This document shows, piece by piece, positions 17,271 through 28,148 of a DNA stretch of 45,264 bases (position 1 is the stretch's first letter; every line of letters starts with the position of its first letter). The stretch is taken from NCBI GenBank assembly GCA_048938005.1, contig JBHLMQ010000022.1:1-45264 (forward strand). The letters run 5' to 3'. A program made the translations under genes and the position numbers. Source of the DNA: Promethearchaeota archaeon (GTDB taxonomy: Archaea > Asgardarchaeota > Lokiarchaeia > Sigyniarchaeales > SOKP01). The notes under the pieces were generated by a model. It saw only the letters and a list, made by a program, of their open reading frames with translations. It was not told the DNA's origin and did no database searches.

Positions 17271-19034
17271 TTATTTTTTATACAGAGGATCCGCTTCTTG
17301 AAGAGTGCGTCTTTCAACTTTTCCCATAACACTTTTAGGAATTTCGTCAATGATATCAATCATAGCCGGACATTTCCATTTGGTCATATTCTTTTCAGTC
17401 CAAGCTATTAATTCTTCGCCAGTGATTTTACCTTTATATTCAGGTTTTAAGGATACCCATGCTTTCGTGATTTCTCCTACTTTTCCAGCAGGATCGGGTA
17501 ATCCTGCAACAGCAGCTTCAGAAACAGCCTCATGGCTCATTAGCATGGTTTCGACCTCAGCTGGAAAGACTGAATGACCGGCAACTTTTATTAATTGCTT
17601 TTTTCTATCTCTTATAGCAATAGTTCCATCATCATTCATAAATCCAATGTCACCTGTTAGGAGCCAAGTTCTACCATCCCAAGTTTTTAAAGTTTCTTTT
17701 GTTTCTTCTGGTTGGTTAAAATAACCTTTCATTACTTGAGGTCCACAAACACATATTTCTCCTGTATGTTCTTCTCCATATTTTGACCCTTTTAAACCAT
17801 CTGCTATTGGCCCTTTCTCAAAATCGTCTATATCAAATATTCCCCAATCAGTGCCAGTAAAAGGCATACCAATTACTCCAACAGGACTCTCACCAAATAG
17901 ATTTCCTGCGCTAACTACAGGACTTGCTTCTGAAAGACCATATCCTTCTACGATTCTCCCACCTGTATTTTTTTGAAATGATTCTTGTACTGGAGCATGT
18001 AATGGTCCAGCACCAGATATACAGAGTCTTAATCTACCCATTAAATTCGGAAATTTCTGTAAATTAGGAAAATCTGCTATTCTTTTAAACAAAATTTCAG
18101 CACCAGCATAAAAAAGACCTTTTTCAGCAGGAATGTGAGTAATTTCCTTTAAAAATTCTTCAGTTTTGGGTGGTCTTGGGAACAACATCATCCAACCTCC
18201 TAAACCAATGGCGACATTCATAATTGCAGTCATAGCGAATGAATGAAATAAGGGTAAAGCCCCAATATCTCCAACTCCTGGATCTTCACCTCCTACCCAT
18301 AAAACACATTGAGTAGCATTTGATACCAAGTTGAAATGTGTTAAAATTGTTGCTTTAGGAACTCCGGTAGTTCCACCTGTCATAATATATGTTGCAGGAT
18401 GTTCAGTTGGATCAAACTCTACTCTTGGAAGATAAGGTTCAGTTTCAAGAAGTTCTAAAAATTTAATAGCTTTTGGAAAATCAACCTTGCCTTTTGGAAG
18501 TATACCAAACAGTTTTCCTATTGATTTCTTCCAACCAGGCAAACCAGAAGCTAAATCAGCTACATTTGTATGGATTACCATCTCAATATTAGTCTTGTTA
18601 ATAATAGGGCGTGCTAATTCACCATATAATGCATCTAAAGTAATTAATACTTTTGCATCTGTTAATCTTAGATGATGTAATACTTCTAATGGTTTATAAG
18701 TTGGATTTACACCTGTTGCAATTGCTCCCAATTTTACAGTCGCATAAAAGCTAATTACATATTGAAAACTATTAGGCATTAAGAATGCTATTACGTCCCC
18801 TTTCTTAATCCCTAATTTATGAAGTGCTGATGCAAATGAATCTATATATTTACCTGCTTCTTCATATGTCATCCAGGAGTCTATAAACCACATCATAGGT
18901 TCATTAGCATATTTTTTTCTTTGTCTTTCGAAAAAATCTCCTAAAGATATATTTTCAAAATCATAGTTCTTGGGTGTTTTTTCAGGCCACCATTTTTTAA
19001 ACCATGCCTTATTCTCTTTTACTTGCCAGCTCAT
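17271..19034 (-). CDS. fadD: Long-chain fatty acid-CoA ligase (AMP-binding enzyme)
   Basis: MTGGTTGVPK, LPLFH, EGYGLSE, GPQVMKGY, TGDIG, DRKK and PKSVMGK. Confidence 0.9.
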   Translation of the reverse strand: MSWQVKENKAWFKKWWPEKTPKNYDFENISLGDFFERQRKKYANEPMMWFIDSWMTYEEAGKYIDSFASALHKLGIKKGDVIAFLMPNSFQYVISFYATVKLGAIATGVNPTYKPLEVLHHLRLTDAKVLITLDALYGELARPIINKTNIEMVIHTNVADLASGLPGWKKSIGKLFGILPKGKVDFPKAIKFLELLETEPYLPRVEFDPTEHPATYIMTGGTTGVPKATILTHFNLVSNATQCVLWVGGEDPGVGDIGALPLFHSFAMTAIMNVAIGLGGWMMLFPRPPKTEEFLKEITHIPAEKGLFYAGAEILFKRIADFPNLQKFPNLMGRLRLCISGAGPLHAPVQESFQKNTGGRIVEGYGLSEASPVVSAGNLFGESPVGVIGMPFTGTDWGIFDIDDFEKGPIADGLKGSKYGEEHTGEICVCGPQVMKGYFNQPEETKETLKTWDGRTWLLTGDIGFMNDDGTIAIRDRKKQLIKVAGHSVFPAEVETMLMSHEAVSEAAVAGLPDPAGKVGEITKAWVSLKPEYKGKITGEELIAWTEKNMTKWKCPAMIDIIDEIPKSVMGKVERRTLQEADPLYKK

Positions 19035-19298
19035 AGTTTTTTCACTCTTTTAGTCTAAACTCTTATTAGTTTATAATTTAAATTTTAATATTGGAATATT
19101 AATTTAAATTAGTTTAAATTTATAAAGTTTATATTAAGGAATCATAAAGAAATAACCGAATCTAAAATATATAGAGATTAACCAACAGATGAAAGATTTA
19201 TTATCCTAAAATATAATTCTTATTTTTTTACTCCTAAATAAGAAGTTGATCACTAATTTTTCATATGATTTATATTGATAGAAATCAATTAATATTGG

Positions 19299-19808
19299 GT
19301 GAATCATATTCCGATAGAACTAGGGCAAACTGTAAAATTAGCTGTTAGAAAAGACTTAGTGATTCCGCAGGAATTTACTAAAAAAGCAGCAGAGAGATCT
19401 TATTGCATACTTTATATGGGGAAAGAAGATGGAAAATTTGAATTATGCTATCTGCTTAATAAGATGGGGCTCTCTTTAAAAAGTGTTGAAAATATTATTC
19501 GACATTTTAGAGAAGATCCAAATCTTATAGACGATTTAAGGGATTTTGCTGAAAGGAATGTTGAATTTAATCCGAATATATCTAAAACGTCATACTATGG
19601 AATAAGATATGAGGATTTAAAAGAAAACTATTATTTATTGAAAGGTTATAAAACATACTACGACTCAGGTGCGATTGGTGAAGATGAAGATTATGAAGGA
19701 ACGGACTTCTACATCTTTTTTAACAACAGAATTGGCGACCTTGAAGAGCCAAAGACATTCTTTAACGGTGAACTCATAATCCTCGAGTGCGAATTTGTAG
19801 GATATTGA
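19299..19808 (+). CDS. Hypothetical protein
   Basis: 169-aa ORF with a GTG start and protein-like composition. No family recognised. Confidence 0.6.
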   Translation: MNHIPIELGQTVKLAVRKDLVIPQEFTKKAAERSYCILYMGKEDGKFELCYLLNKMGLSLKSVENIIRHFREDPNLIDDLRDFAERNVEFNPNISKTSYYGIRYEDLKENYYLLKGYKTYYDSGAIGEDEDYEGTDFYIFFNNRIGDLEEPKTFFNGELIILECEFVGY

Positions 19809-19959
19809 ATCATCGAATTGAATTTGAATTTAAATGGAATTTCACATGATTTTGATAGCTTCATTTAATATTAATTATCTTAAAAAATTATAATAAAAAG
19901 AATTAAATGATACAAATAATTCGAACTAATTAGAATTATAAAATAAAAAATTAGAAAAA

Positions 19960-20322
19960 ATGCCTTGTATTCACGGTTTAGATGAAATAAATTGCCCTAC
20001 GTGCCGAATTTTAAAATCCAACGTGCCATTAAAAGGTATTAGTTTAAAAAAGACAATTTTTTTACAAGTTAATAACCTCACTTCTAAAAAAAATAAAGAT
20101 CTGGAAAAAAAATTAATAAATGAGATTACGTCTAAAAAAATGCATTTACAGCCACCAAATTTTATATCCAAACCGGGTATTATAGACGAAATGTCTAATT
20201 TTAAAAATGAATTATTTTTGGAAAGATTCAAAGATCTCGATATAGGTAAAGAAGATCCTTATGGAATTACTAAAAAAACTCCTCTTGAAAGTCCTGAGTG
20301 GAAATTTGAAGAAGAGGATTAA
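19960..20322 (+). CDS. Hypothetical protein with N-terminal putative Zn-binding motif
   Basis: MPCIHGLDEINCPTC (C-x-H-x6-C-x2-C). Confidence 0.7.
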   Translation: MPCIHGLDEINCPTCRILKSNVPLKGISLKKTIFLQVNNLTSKKNKDLEKKLINEITSKKMHLQPPNFISKPGIIDEMSNFKNELFLERFKDLDIGKEDPYGITKKTPLESPEWKFEEED

Positions 20323-20455
20323 ATGTCTCTTTTTTATTTCTCATAAAACAATCGCATTAATTTATAAATTTTAAGATATAAATATAAAGCATATTATCAT
20401 AATATTAAAATATAAATCCTTTTTTGAAATAATTTAAAGTGGTGAAATAAAAAAA

Positions 20456-21103
20456 ATGACAATGGATATTACTTGGCTTGGTCATGCTGCCTTTAAAATA
20501 AAAACTCCTAGCGGAAGAATTATATACATTGATCCTTATCAGATTAAAAAAGGAGAAGAGAAAGCAGATATAATTGTTTCAACGCATTCTCATGGGGATC
20601 ATTTTGATTCAAGTAGTATACAAAAACTTATGAGGGATGATACGGTTGTCATAGGACCTGAGAGTATTGCTAGTAGCCTGCAAAAGTTCAATGGTACACC
20701 GTTGAAATTAGGACATTCATTTGACTATAAAGATCTTTCTATCGAATTAGTTCCAGCATATAATATTAAGAAGCCAAATCATCCCAAAAGAAATGAATGG
20801 GCGGGGGTTATTGTTAGTGCAGAAGATACAAGTGTATATCATGCTGGAGATACCGAACGAATCCCTGAAATGAAGGATTTAGCAAAGCGAAATATCACAG
20901 TAGCTATGATGCCTTGTGGTGGAACCTATACTATGGATTTTGATGAAGCTACTGATTCAATTATCGATGTTAAACCTAAGATCGCAATTCCAATGCATAA
21001 TTGGGGTAAAGATTTAACTAAATTTAAAAAACTCTTAGAAAAAAAAGACCCTAGCATTAAAGTAGAAATATTAGAAGAAGGTGGAGAACCCCTAAAAATC
21101 TAA
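20456..21103 (+). CDS. Metallo-beta-lactamase-fold hydrolase (UPF0173/UlaG-like)
   Basis: WLGHA, IDPY, THSHGDH (HxHxDH), YHAGDT and IPMH. Confidence 0.92.
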   Translation: MTMDITWLGHAAFKIKTPSGRIIYIDPYQIKKGEEKADIIVSTHSHGDHFDSSSIQKLMRDDTVVIGPESIASSLQKFNGTPLKLGHSFDYKDLSIELVPAYNIKKPNHPKRNEWAGVIVSAEDTSVYHAGDTERIPEMKDLAKRNITVAMMPCGGTYTMDFDEATDSIIDVKPKIAIPMHNWGKDLTKFKKLLEKKDPSIKVEILEEGGEPLKI

Positions 21104-21277
21104 ATTTTATTTTTTATTATATTCACTTCTTTTATTCTCTTATTTTTCTAATTCTAACGATAATGATTAATCAATATTTTATTAAGATAAGATTTTAAAC
21201 TATGGATTTTAAAAATATTATATAAAATTCTAAATATCAACAAAATTAGCATAAGATAATGCAAAAAGTGTAGAAAA

Positions 21278-22993
21278 ATGGAAATCGATGATGATTTGAA
21301 AAATAATACTAATGTAGCATATATTTCTATGGAGATAGCTGTTGATTCAAATATTCCTACATATAGTGGAGGTTTAGGTGTATTATCGGGTGACACAGTA
21401 CGGTCGGCTGCAGATTTAGAGATACCTATGGTTGGTATCTGTCTATGTTACAGCTCTGGGTACTTTTATCAGTTCTTCAACGAATATGGAGATCAAAAAG
21501 AAAAGGAAATTGCTTGGAACTTCTATTACGAGTTTGATAAAGTAGAAAAGCCAATTACCATGAAAATAGAAAACAAAGATGTTCTCGTTAGTGCGTGGTT
21601 ATATCGAGTAATAGGTCAATCAGGTCACGTGCTTCCGATTTACCTTTTAACTACTGACGTTGAGGGAAACGATGATTGGATAAGGCGTATGACTGGATCT
21701 TTATATGATTCTACATCAAGATGGAACAGAATTGTACAAGAAATGATCTTGGGGATTGGAGGAGTTAGGCTTTTGAAATCTTTAGGATACAATAATATCA
21801 AGACCTATCACCTTAATGAAGGGCACGGTTCTTTTTCTACTTTAGAATTATATAATGAATTAGGTAATATTGATAAGGTAAAAGAGAAAGTTGTTTTTAC
21901 AACTCACACACCGGTCCCAGCGGGTCATGATCGTTTCAAACAAGATTTAGTTGATAAGGTTTTTGAAAATAGGATGCCAAGGGAAATTAGAAAACTTGCT
22001 GATGATAAAGGTGAATTCAATATGACATTTTTAGGTATGGCTCTTTCTAGATATCGAAATGCTGTGGCACGAAAGCATGGAGATATATCAAGAAAAATGT
22101 TCCCTCAATATGAAATTGACTATATTACTAATGGAATACACTTGCCTTTTTGGGTTTCTAAACCATTCCGAAAAATGTTTGGTAGAAAGTGGCCAAATTG
22201 GAGATCAAATCCTTCTCTTCTTGAGAATGCAATTGAATTAGATGATCTAGATGTATTCGATGCACATATAGAGAATAAATTCAATCTAATAAATTATCAA
22301 AAAGGTCATAGTTGGAATTTACTTGATGAGGAACTGATTACTATTGGATTTGCACGACGTTTTGCGGCCTACAAAAGAGCAATCCTAATATTTCATGAAA
22401 TTGATAGATTAGGTAAAATCTGTAAGAACAATGTTCAATTTATTTTTGCAGGAAAAGCTCACCCAAAAGATCAAATGGGAAAGGATTATATTAAGAAGAT
22501 TCATGAATCTGGAGAATATTTATATGATAATTATGGAGTAAAAGTAGTAATGATGGAAAATTATAATATGGATCTCTCTCATATGCTTATATCTGGAGTG
22601 GATGTCTGGCTTAACACACCGAATAGATATCGAGAAGCTAGTGGTACAAGTGGGATGAAAGCCGCTTTAAATGGTGTACCAAATCTGAGTGTTCAAGATG
22701 GATGGTGGCTAGAAGGCTATAAGAGGAATCCATTAGCAGGGTGGGCTATTGGTCCTGACGATTCTAATCCTGACGATCCTGGAGTTTCAAACAATTGGGA
22801 CATTGATTCTAACGCGATATACGAGATATTAGAAAACAAGATTATTCCAACTTATAGGGATCATGATGAATGGATTTTCAGACAAAAAAATGCTATTTCA
22901 TTAGCGGCCTTCTTCAACACTCATAGAATGTGCATGGATTATGCTGACCGTGCTTATAAATTGAAGAAACAAAGACCTTGGAAATATATTTAA
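21278..22993 (+). CDS. glgP: Alpha-glucan (glycogen/maltodextrin) phosphorylase
   Basis: YSGGLGVL, HLNEGH, FTTHTP, ARRFAAYKR, AGKAHP and the PLP site EASGTSGMK. Confidence 0.95.
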   Translation: MEIDDDLKNNTNVAYISMEIAVDSNIPTYSGGLGVLSGDTVRSAADLEIPMVGICLCYSSGYFYQFFNEYGDQKEKEIAWNFYYEFDKVEKPITMKIENKDVLVSAWLYRVIGQSGHVLPIYLLTTDVEGNDDWIRRMTGSLYDSTSRWNRIVQEMILGIGGVRLLKSLGYNNIKTYHLNEGHGSFSTLELYNELGNIDKVKEKVVFTTHTPVPAGHDRFKQDLVDKVFENRMPREIRKLADDKGEFNMTFLGMALSRYRNAVARKHGDISRKMFPQYEIDYITNGIHLPFWVSKPFRKMFGRKWPNWRSNPSLLENAIELDDLDVFDAHIENKFNLINYQKGHSWNLLDEELITIGFARRFAAYKRAILIFHEIDRLGKICKNNVQFIFAGKAHPKDQMGKDYIKKIHESGEYLYDNYGVKVVMMENYNMDLSHMLISGVDVWLNTPNRYREASGTSGMKAALNGVPNLSVQDGWWLEGYKRNPLAGWAIGPDDSNPDDPGVSNNWDIDSNAIYEILENKIIPTYRDHDEWIFRQKNAISLAAFFNTHRMCMDYADRAYKLKKQRPWKYI

Positions 22994-23061
22994 TAATTTT
23001 TTTTAATTACATTTTCTAAAGTCAGATTAAATTCTTTTTTTAAATTTAATTGTTATGTTTT

Positions 23062-25335
23062 TTAATTTATCTTCTTAAAGGATTTTCTTAATTTTTCTAC
23101 GATCCCATTTACAGACTCATCTTGTTCTGTAAGACGTAGATATACATCCTCTAAACTCGCACCAAATCTATTTGTTTGCTGGCGGAGTTCTTCTAGAGTT
23201 CCAATTCCAACAATCTTTCCCTTATTAATGATCCCTATACGATCGCATAAATCCTGCGCTACTTCCAAGATATGCGTAGAAAAGAGAATTGAACCGCCTC
23301 TTTGCGTATGTAACTTCAATATTGTTTTTACGACCTTTACAGATTTAACATCAAGTCCGGCAAGTGGTTCATCTAATATGAGTAAATCTGGTTTATGGAG
23401 TATGGCCGCAATAATTTGTAATTTTTGTTTATTACCATGAGATAAGCCATCAATTAGTTGTTCATAGATTTCTGTAGCTTCTAAGCTCTCTAAATAATCT
23501 TTTGCCACTTTAGTTGTCTCAATTTCATCTAATTCCCTAATTGATGCTACAAAGTTAAATAACTCTTTAGGGGTTAATGCTTTAAAGATAAAAGGCTCTT
23601 CTGATACATATCCTATGCGCTTTTTAATTCGAATTTCGTCAATTTCAGGATTTAAACCGAAAAGACTTATTTTTCCTTCCTCTGGCTCGAGGATCCTTAG
23701 AAGAAGTTTTATGGTTGTTGTCTTTCCTGCACCATTAGGTCCTAAAAGGCCAAAAATTTCTCCCTGATGAACATTAAATGAGATACCATTTAAAGCTTTA
23801 ACATTTCCAAAGAATTTTTTTAAATCTTCAACGGTTATTACTCTTTTTGTTAAAACAGCTTCTTTTTCTTTAATTTCTTGCTTAATTTTTTTAGATTTAA
23901 TCTTTAATGGATAAAGTTCTGTTGATTGGTCCGTAGCTATTATATCCTTTTCTCTAGATTTTTTTTTCTTTCCAATTAGCATTTCAGTTAGAATTATTAT
24001 AAAAGTAATAAGAGCAAAAATAAATGTAATTTCAAATGAATAATTACCTATTTTAATTATATTTCCTTCACAAAAAATTTCTTCAATATCTTTTTCTATA
24101 TTTCTTAAGTCATTATTTGAAAGGTAATTGTAACTCGAATGATAAAAATAAATACCAAAAGAATTATTAAAAATTTTGTTTTCTATGAGCTTGTTATTAT
24201 CACTCCATAATAAATATACCCCGGAATCTCTATTATGATTTACTATATTTTCTGAAAGGAGATAATTTCCACAATAATATATTCCTATTCCCAGCCTATT
24301 TTTGTATACATTATTTCCATTTAGGATGTTATTATCACTATCAAATAAACACATCCCATTTTTCTTGTTATAACTTATCTTATTTTTTATAATATTATTA
24401 TCATGACTTTCCGTAAAAAAAATCCCATGTAATTCATTGGATTGCAAGTTATTTTCTGAAATAGTGTTATTACTACTAATATATAAACGTAATCCATTTA
24501 AAACGTTGCCACTTGCATTATTTCGTATAATAAAGTTATTATAAAGATCCCATAATACTATCCCTTGCCTTATATTGTAATTTGCATTGTTTTCCGAAAG
24601 GTTGTTATAATTACCATTAGTAAACGAGAACCCATCATAATCATTATGATTTGCGTTATTTCTAATAATGTTATTCCCAGTACCATCCCATAAATACATC
24701 CCAGCCGCCTGATTGTAATTTAAATTGTTTCCCGAAACTGTGTTATTATTACTATTAGATAACCATATCCCATAGTCAAGATTGTTACTTGCTACATTTC
24801 CCGAAATTGTGTTATTATCACTAGAAGCAAATAAGCCTATTCCAGATCCCCCATTGTATGAAAAGTTGTTATTAATTAGTTTTCCATTAGTAACATTGAA
24901 CATATTGATTCCCGCATCACCCAGACTAGATCCTGAATTGTAAACCGTGCAATTTTTTATTATAAAATTGGTATTGGAATTTCTTATTTCAATACAAGTA
25001 CCCGAACCGTTACCATCAACAATTAAATTTTGTATGATATAAGGGTTGCTCCAGGATCCATTACCAGTACACCAATCGTTTATAGTGGCAGTTGTATTCC
25101 AATTATAACTAGGATCAGAATCATCAATATGTATCTGAGATGCTATTAGTGTCCAAGAAGCTCCAGATATTATTTTTTCTTCAATATTATTCTCGGACTT
25201 AGAAAAGAATTCTATTTTAGATGAACTAAAAAGTAGGTCTATTGTACCTATTAATGGGAAAACAACTTCTATAATAATTATTGCAATTAGAAACCTATTT
25301 TTTACTTTCAAGAAAATTACTCGGTTAGTGTACAA
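23062..25335 (-). CDS. Fusion: N-terminal hydrophobic signal/anchor + NosD/CASH right-handed beta-helix + TM helix + ABC ATPase
   Basis: GNGSWSNPYII followed by ~13 Asn-rich repeats (GI.L..S.NN.I..N), a TM segment FEITFIFALITFIIILTEMLI, then GPNGAGKTT, signature LSHGNKQK, LLILDEP and STH, all in one frame with no stop. Confidence 0.88.
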   Translation of the reverse strand: MYTNRVIFLKVKNRFLIAIIIIEVVFPLIGTIDLLFSSSKIEFFSKSENNIEEKIISGASWTLIASQIHIDDSDPSYNWNTTATINDWCTGNGSWSNPYIIQNLIVDGNGSGTCIEIRNSNTNFIIKNCTVYNSGSSLGDAGINMFNVTNGKLINNNFSYNGGSGIGLFASSDNNTISGNVASNNLDYGIWLSNSNNNTVSGNNLNYNQAAGMYLWDGTGNNIIRNNANHNDYDGFSFTNGNYNNLSENNANYNIRQGIVLWDLYNNFIIRNNASGNVLNGLRLYISSNNTISENNLQSNELHGIFFTESHDNNIIKNKISYNKKNGMCLFDSDNNILNGNNVYKNRLGIGIYYCGNYLLSENIVNHNRDSGVYLLWSDNNKLIENKIFNNSFGIYFYHSSYNYLSNNDLRNIEKDIEEIFCEGNIIKIGNYSFEITFIFALITFIIILTEMLIGKKKKSREKDIIATDQSTELYPLKIKSKKIKQEIKEKEAVLTKRVITVEDLKKFFGNVKALNGISFNVHQGEIFGLLGPNGAGKTTTIKLLLRILEPEEGKISLFGLNPEIDEIRIKKRIGYVSEEPFIFKALTPKELFNFVASIRELDEIETTKVAKDYLESLEATEIYEQLIDGLSHGNKQKLQIIAAILHKPDLLILDEPLAGLDVKSVKVVKTILKLHTQRGGSILFSTHILEVAQDLCDRIGIINKGKIVGIGTLEELRQQTNRFGASLEDVYLRLTEQDESVNGIVEKLRKSFKKIN

Positions 25336-25582
25336 TAATATAGTATAAAGTAGTTAATCATGATAGTAATAAAAAATTATTTCTACATGTATTAACTTTC
25401 ATAGTTTTGTTGATTTCTGATTTAGTTGCTTAATCTTATTTAAATAATAACAATTTATTTAGAAATCACTTTCAGTTCCTTAAAATAAAGAATAATTTAA
25501 AAGTCTTCTAATAAAAATCATATCATTAAAAAAAAATTCAACTAAATAAAGCAGGATAAATTAAAATCAAGTTTATATCCTT

Positions 25583-28069
25583 ATGAAAACTAAAGATTTA
25601 AGCCTATTTTCTATGGCAAAAATCACAGCTAATGAAATTCTAATAGAAGAACAGCTTGAAAACCTCGGTATAATTCGATATCGTTTCTTTAAAAGATATC
25701 TATATCATCAAAAATCTCTTAGAAGGAAAATTATTTCATTAAAAATTATCGATTCTCTAATATTTGGGATTTTACCAATTGTACCTTTATTAACCTACTT
25801 CCAAGTCTTAGATTTTATCGATCAGGGGATATTTCCAGTAGAACTCATATTATTTACAGGAAGTATACTCTTTGGAATTTACTTCTTACTTCAATTTTTT
25901 AATTTCTTTCTCATGGCAATGCTAAATACTAATAGGATAATTTCCGGTAGAATTTTTGAATGGTTTGAGACACTACCAATTCCACGCGAAAAATTAAGAA
26001 AATTAGTTATATTAACTATTATACGTAGTTTAGATGTGCCTCTTATAGTAATAACGGCTTCCCTTCCAATTGTTATGCTCATTGGAACTCAAAATATAGT
26101 AATTTTTTTTTGGAGTATTGCCATTTCAATTTTAATTACCATTTTTTCTCTTAGTGTACTTATATCTTTTAATGAACGAATAAACAGAATTTTAGATATA
26201 AATGAAATTATTTCAAAAAGAACTTTAGCTTTTCGTTTAATTAATTTGATGATTTATTTAATTATTATCATTGGAAGTTTTTTTCTAATCCAATGGGCAT
26301 TGAGTTCGATGAATTCAATGTTTATTTGGTTTGGGAATTCAGGATTTCCACCAATAATAATTATTATTTTAAGCTTAATTCCTTTTCCTATTGCTCCAGG
26401 AGCTTTATTGTCTTCATTTATTGCTCCAACTCAAGTCCCTCTACAAATTTGGTTTACAATAATTATTGGATTTATAGTTTTTATAATTCTCACCTATGTT
26501 ATGTATCGAAAATCAAGAATAGGTCTTGAATATACCGCTTATTCAAAATTTAGATTCGTTAAAAAAGGATTATTAGAGAAAAAAAAACCTATAAGAATTA
26601 AGGTTCAACATTCTGTTATCGCTTATATACGTAAAGATATAGCTACAGCTTCACGCGAAATCAAATCGTTTCTCTCAATAACGATGCCAATTTTATTTGG
26701 TTTCATTTTCACATTTACTTTTAATTTAGTCAGCATCCAAAATATATCTCCAATAGATATCCGTTTTACTACTAATTGGTTTGTATTTATAGGATTCAAT
26801 ATTATAACTTCAGGAATGATAGTATATGGTATATTAAATATAGAGCAATCTGGTACAACTATATTAGCATCATCGCCATTGATTCCGCGAGAGCAAGCGA
26901 AAGCAAAATTATTTCTAATGTTGTTGATACAAACTATAACGGTTCTTGCACCATCTCTCTTGTATATTGGCACTTTAAGATTTATAGATTCATTATTTAT
27001 GGCTTTAAGAACATTACCATTCACATTATTACTTATGTTATTAATGTTTGAATTGAGAGTTTACTTTTTTGGCAAATTTAAAAATTCTTATGCTATTGAA
27101 GAAGTATTTCCAGAAAGACGTATTTCTAAGTGGATTTTTATCTTTTTTATAGAATATCTTATTTTAAATTTTATTTTTACTTATGCATTATTATTTCATA
27201 TAACTGAAAGATTTATAGAAATGGGAATATTTTTTATTGTTAGTCTTTTTCTTGGGCTTACTTGTGCTATTTTGATTTTTGATTCGATGTTCCCTTTAAC
27301 TCGCTTTAGTAAAAATCTAAATAAAGGAATATGGTTCTCAAAACATTCATGGATTACAATAGTATTGCTAATTATAATCCATATTTTAATAGCATATTTA
27401 TTTAATCTAATACCTCTTCCAGGATCTCCTGATATGTTAACTTATGAGATGGAAAAATTAATTTATCTCATACTCCTTAACTCTGGTTATTGCTTTTTTT
27501 GGTTTATAATCGTTCCAAAAATTTTAAAGATTCCAAATGGAAAAACATCGATAGGAAAATATTTAGAAAGCATAGGATTAGGATGGGTTAGATCTATTTC
27601 AAAGTACACTGTATGGGGTGTCTTTAGTATTTTTCTTGTGGGTTTTTTGACTTCTTTAATATTGTATGTCTCTGGATTTCTTTTATTACATATAAATGAT
27701 ACACTTTTTGAAATTTTAAGACTTTTAAGCATAATTTTTTGGCATGAAATCGCATTTCGAGGAGTTATATTAACATTGCTTTTAAAAAAATATAATCAAT
27801 GGAAAGCTATTACTTTTAACGTATTAATTAATCTATTTTCTGTTCTATTCTATTTTTTTGTCTTTGTATATAATCCTTTATTAGTTAATATAGTAGAAAT
27901 TTTATTATCAAGTCTCAATCTTTTATTAATTTTTCTTGTATTATCTTATCTATTTATCAAAACTCGCAATTTATTCCCAGGATTAATTGCGGTCTCTACT
28001 TTATTCCTTTTACTTCCTTCTACATCGATAATTCCAATTATCTCTCACTATGGTTTTGTGATAATATAA
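25583..28069 (+). CDS. ABC-2-type exporter permease fused to a degenerate CPBP (Abi/CAAX protease) domain
   Basis: Many TM segments with two permease half-motifs (FETLPIPREKL; IRKDI...SRE...ILASSPL..REQAKAK). The C-terminus carries HEIAFRG...YLFIKTRNL.PG, resembling CPBP. Confidence 0.75.
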   Translation: MKTKDLSLFSMAKITANEILIEEQLENLGIIRYRFFKRYLYHQKSLRRKIISLKIIDSLIFGILPIVPLLTYFQVLDFIDQGIFPVELILFTGSILFGIYFLLQFFNFFLMAMLNTNRIISGRIFEWFETLPIPREKLRKLVILTIIRSLDVPLIVITASLPIVMLIGTQNIVIFFWSIAISILITIFSLSVLISFNERINRILDINEIISKRTLAFRLINLMIYLIIIIGSFFLIQWALSSMNSMFIWFGNSGFPPIIIIILSLIPFPIAPGALLSSFIAPTQVPLQIWFTIIIGFIVFIILTYVMYRKSRIGLEYTAYSKFRFVKKGLLEKKKPIRIKVQHSVIAYIRKDIATASREIKSFLSITMPILFGFIFTFTFNLVSIQNISPIDIRFTTNWFVFIGFNIITSGMIVYGILNIEQSGTTILASSPLIPREQAKAKLFLMLLIQTITVLAPSLLYIGTLRFIDSLFMALRTLPFTLLLMLLMFELRVYFFGKFKNSYAIEEVFPERRISKWIFIFFIEYLILNFIFTYALLFHITERFIEMGIFFIVSLFLGLTCAILIFDSMFPLTRFSKNLNKGIWFSKHSWITIVLLIIIHILIAYLFNLIPLPGSPDMLTYEMEKLIYLILLNSGYCFFWFIIVPKILKIPNGKTSIGKYLESIGLGWVRSISKYTVWGVFSIFLVGFLTSLILYVSGFLLLHINDTLFEILRLLSIIFWHEIAFRGVILTLLLKKYNQWKAITFNVLINLFSVLFYFFVFVYNPLLVNIVEILLSSLNLLLIFLVLSYLFIKTRNLFPGLIAVSTLFLLLPSTSIIPIISHYGFVII

Positions 28070-28148
28070 CTCACATAATTTTATCGGTAACACCAAAAAA
28101 TTAGAACTAAACTTAGTAAGTATTTTTAAAATGAAAATATAAAGGAGT

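Noticed and set aside
19806-19870. Selenocysteine readthrough of the TGA ending 19299..19808
   Set aside because: The downstream frame is short and not motif-like, there is no redox-motif context, and I saw no convincing SECIS.
24100-24950. DNA tandem repeats in the beta-helix gene
   Set aside because: The periodicity is at the protein level (Asn-rich beta-helix coils) and the DNA copies are highly diverged.
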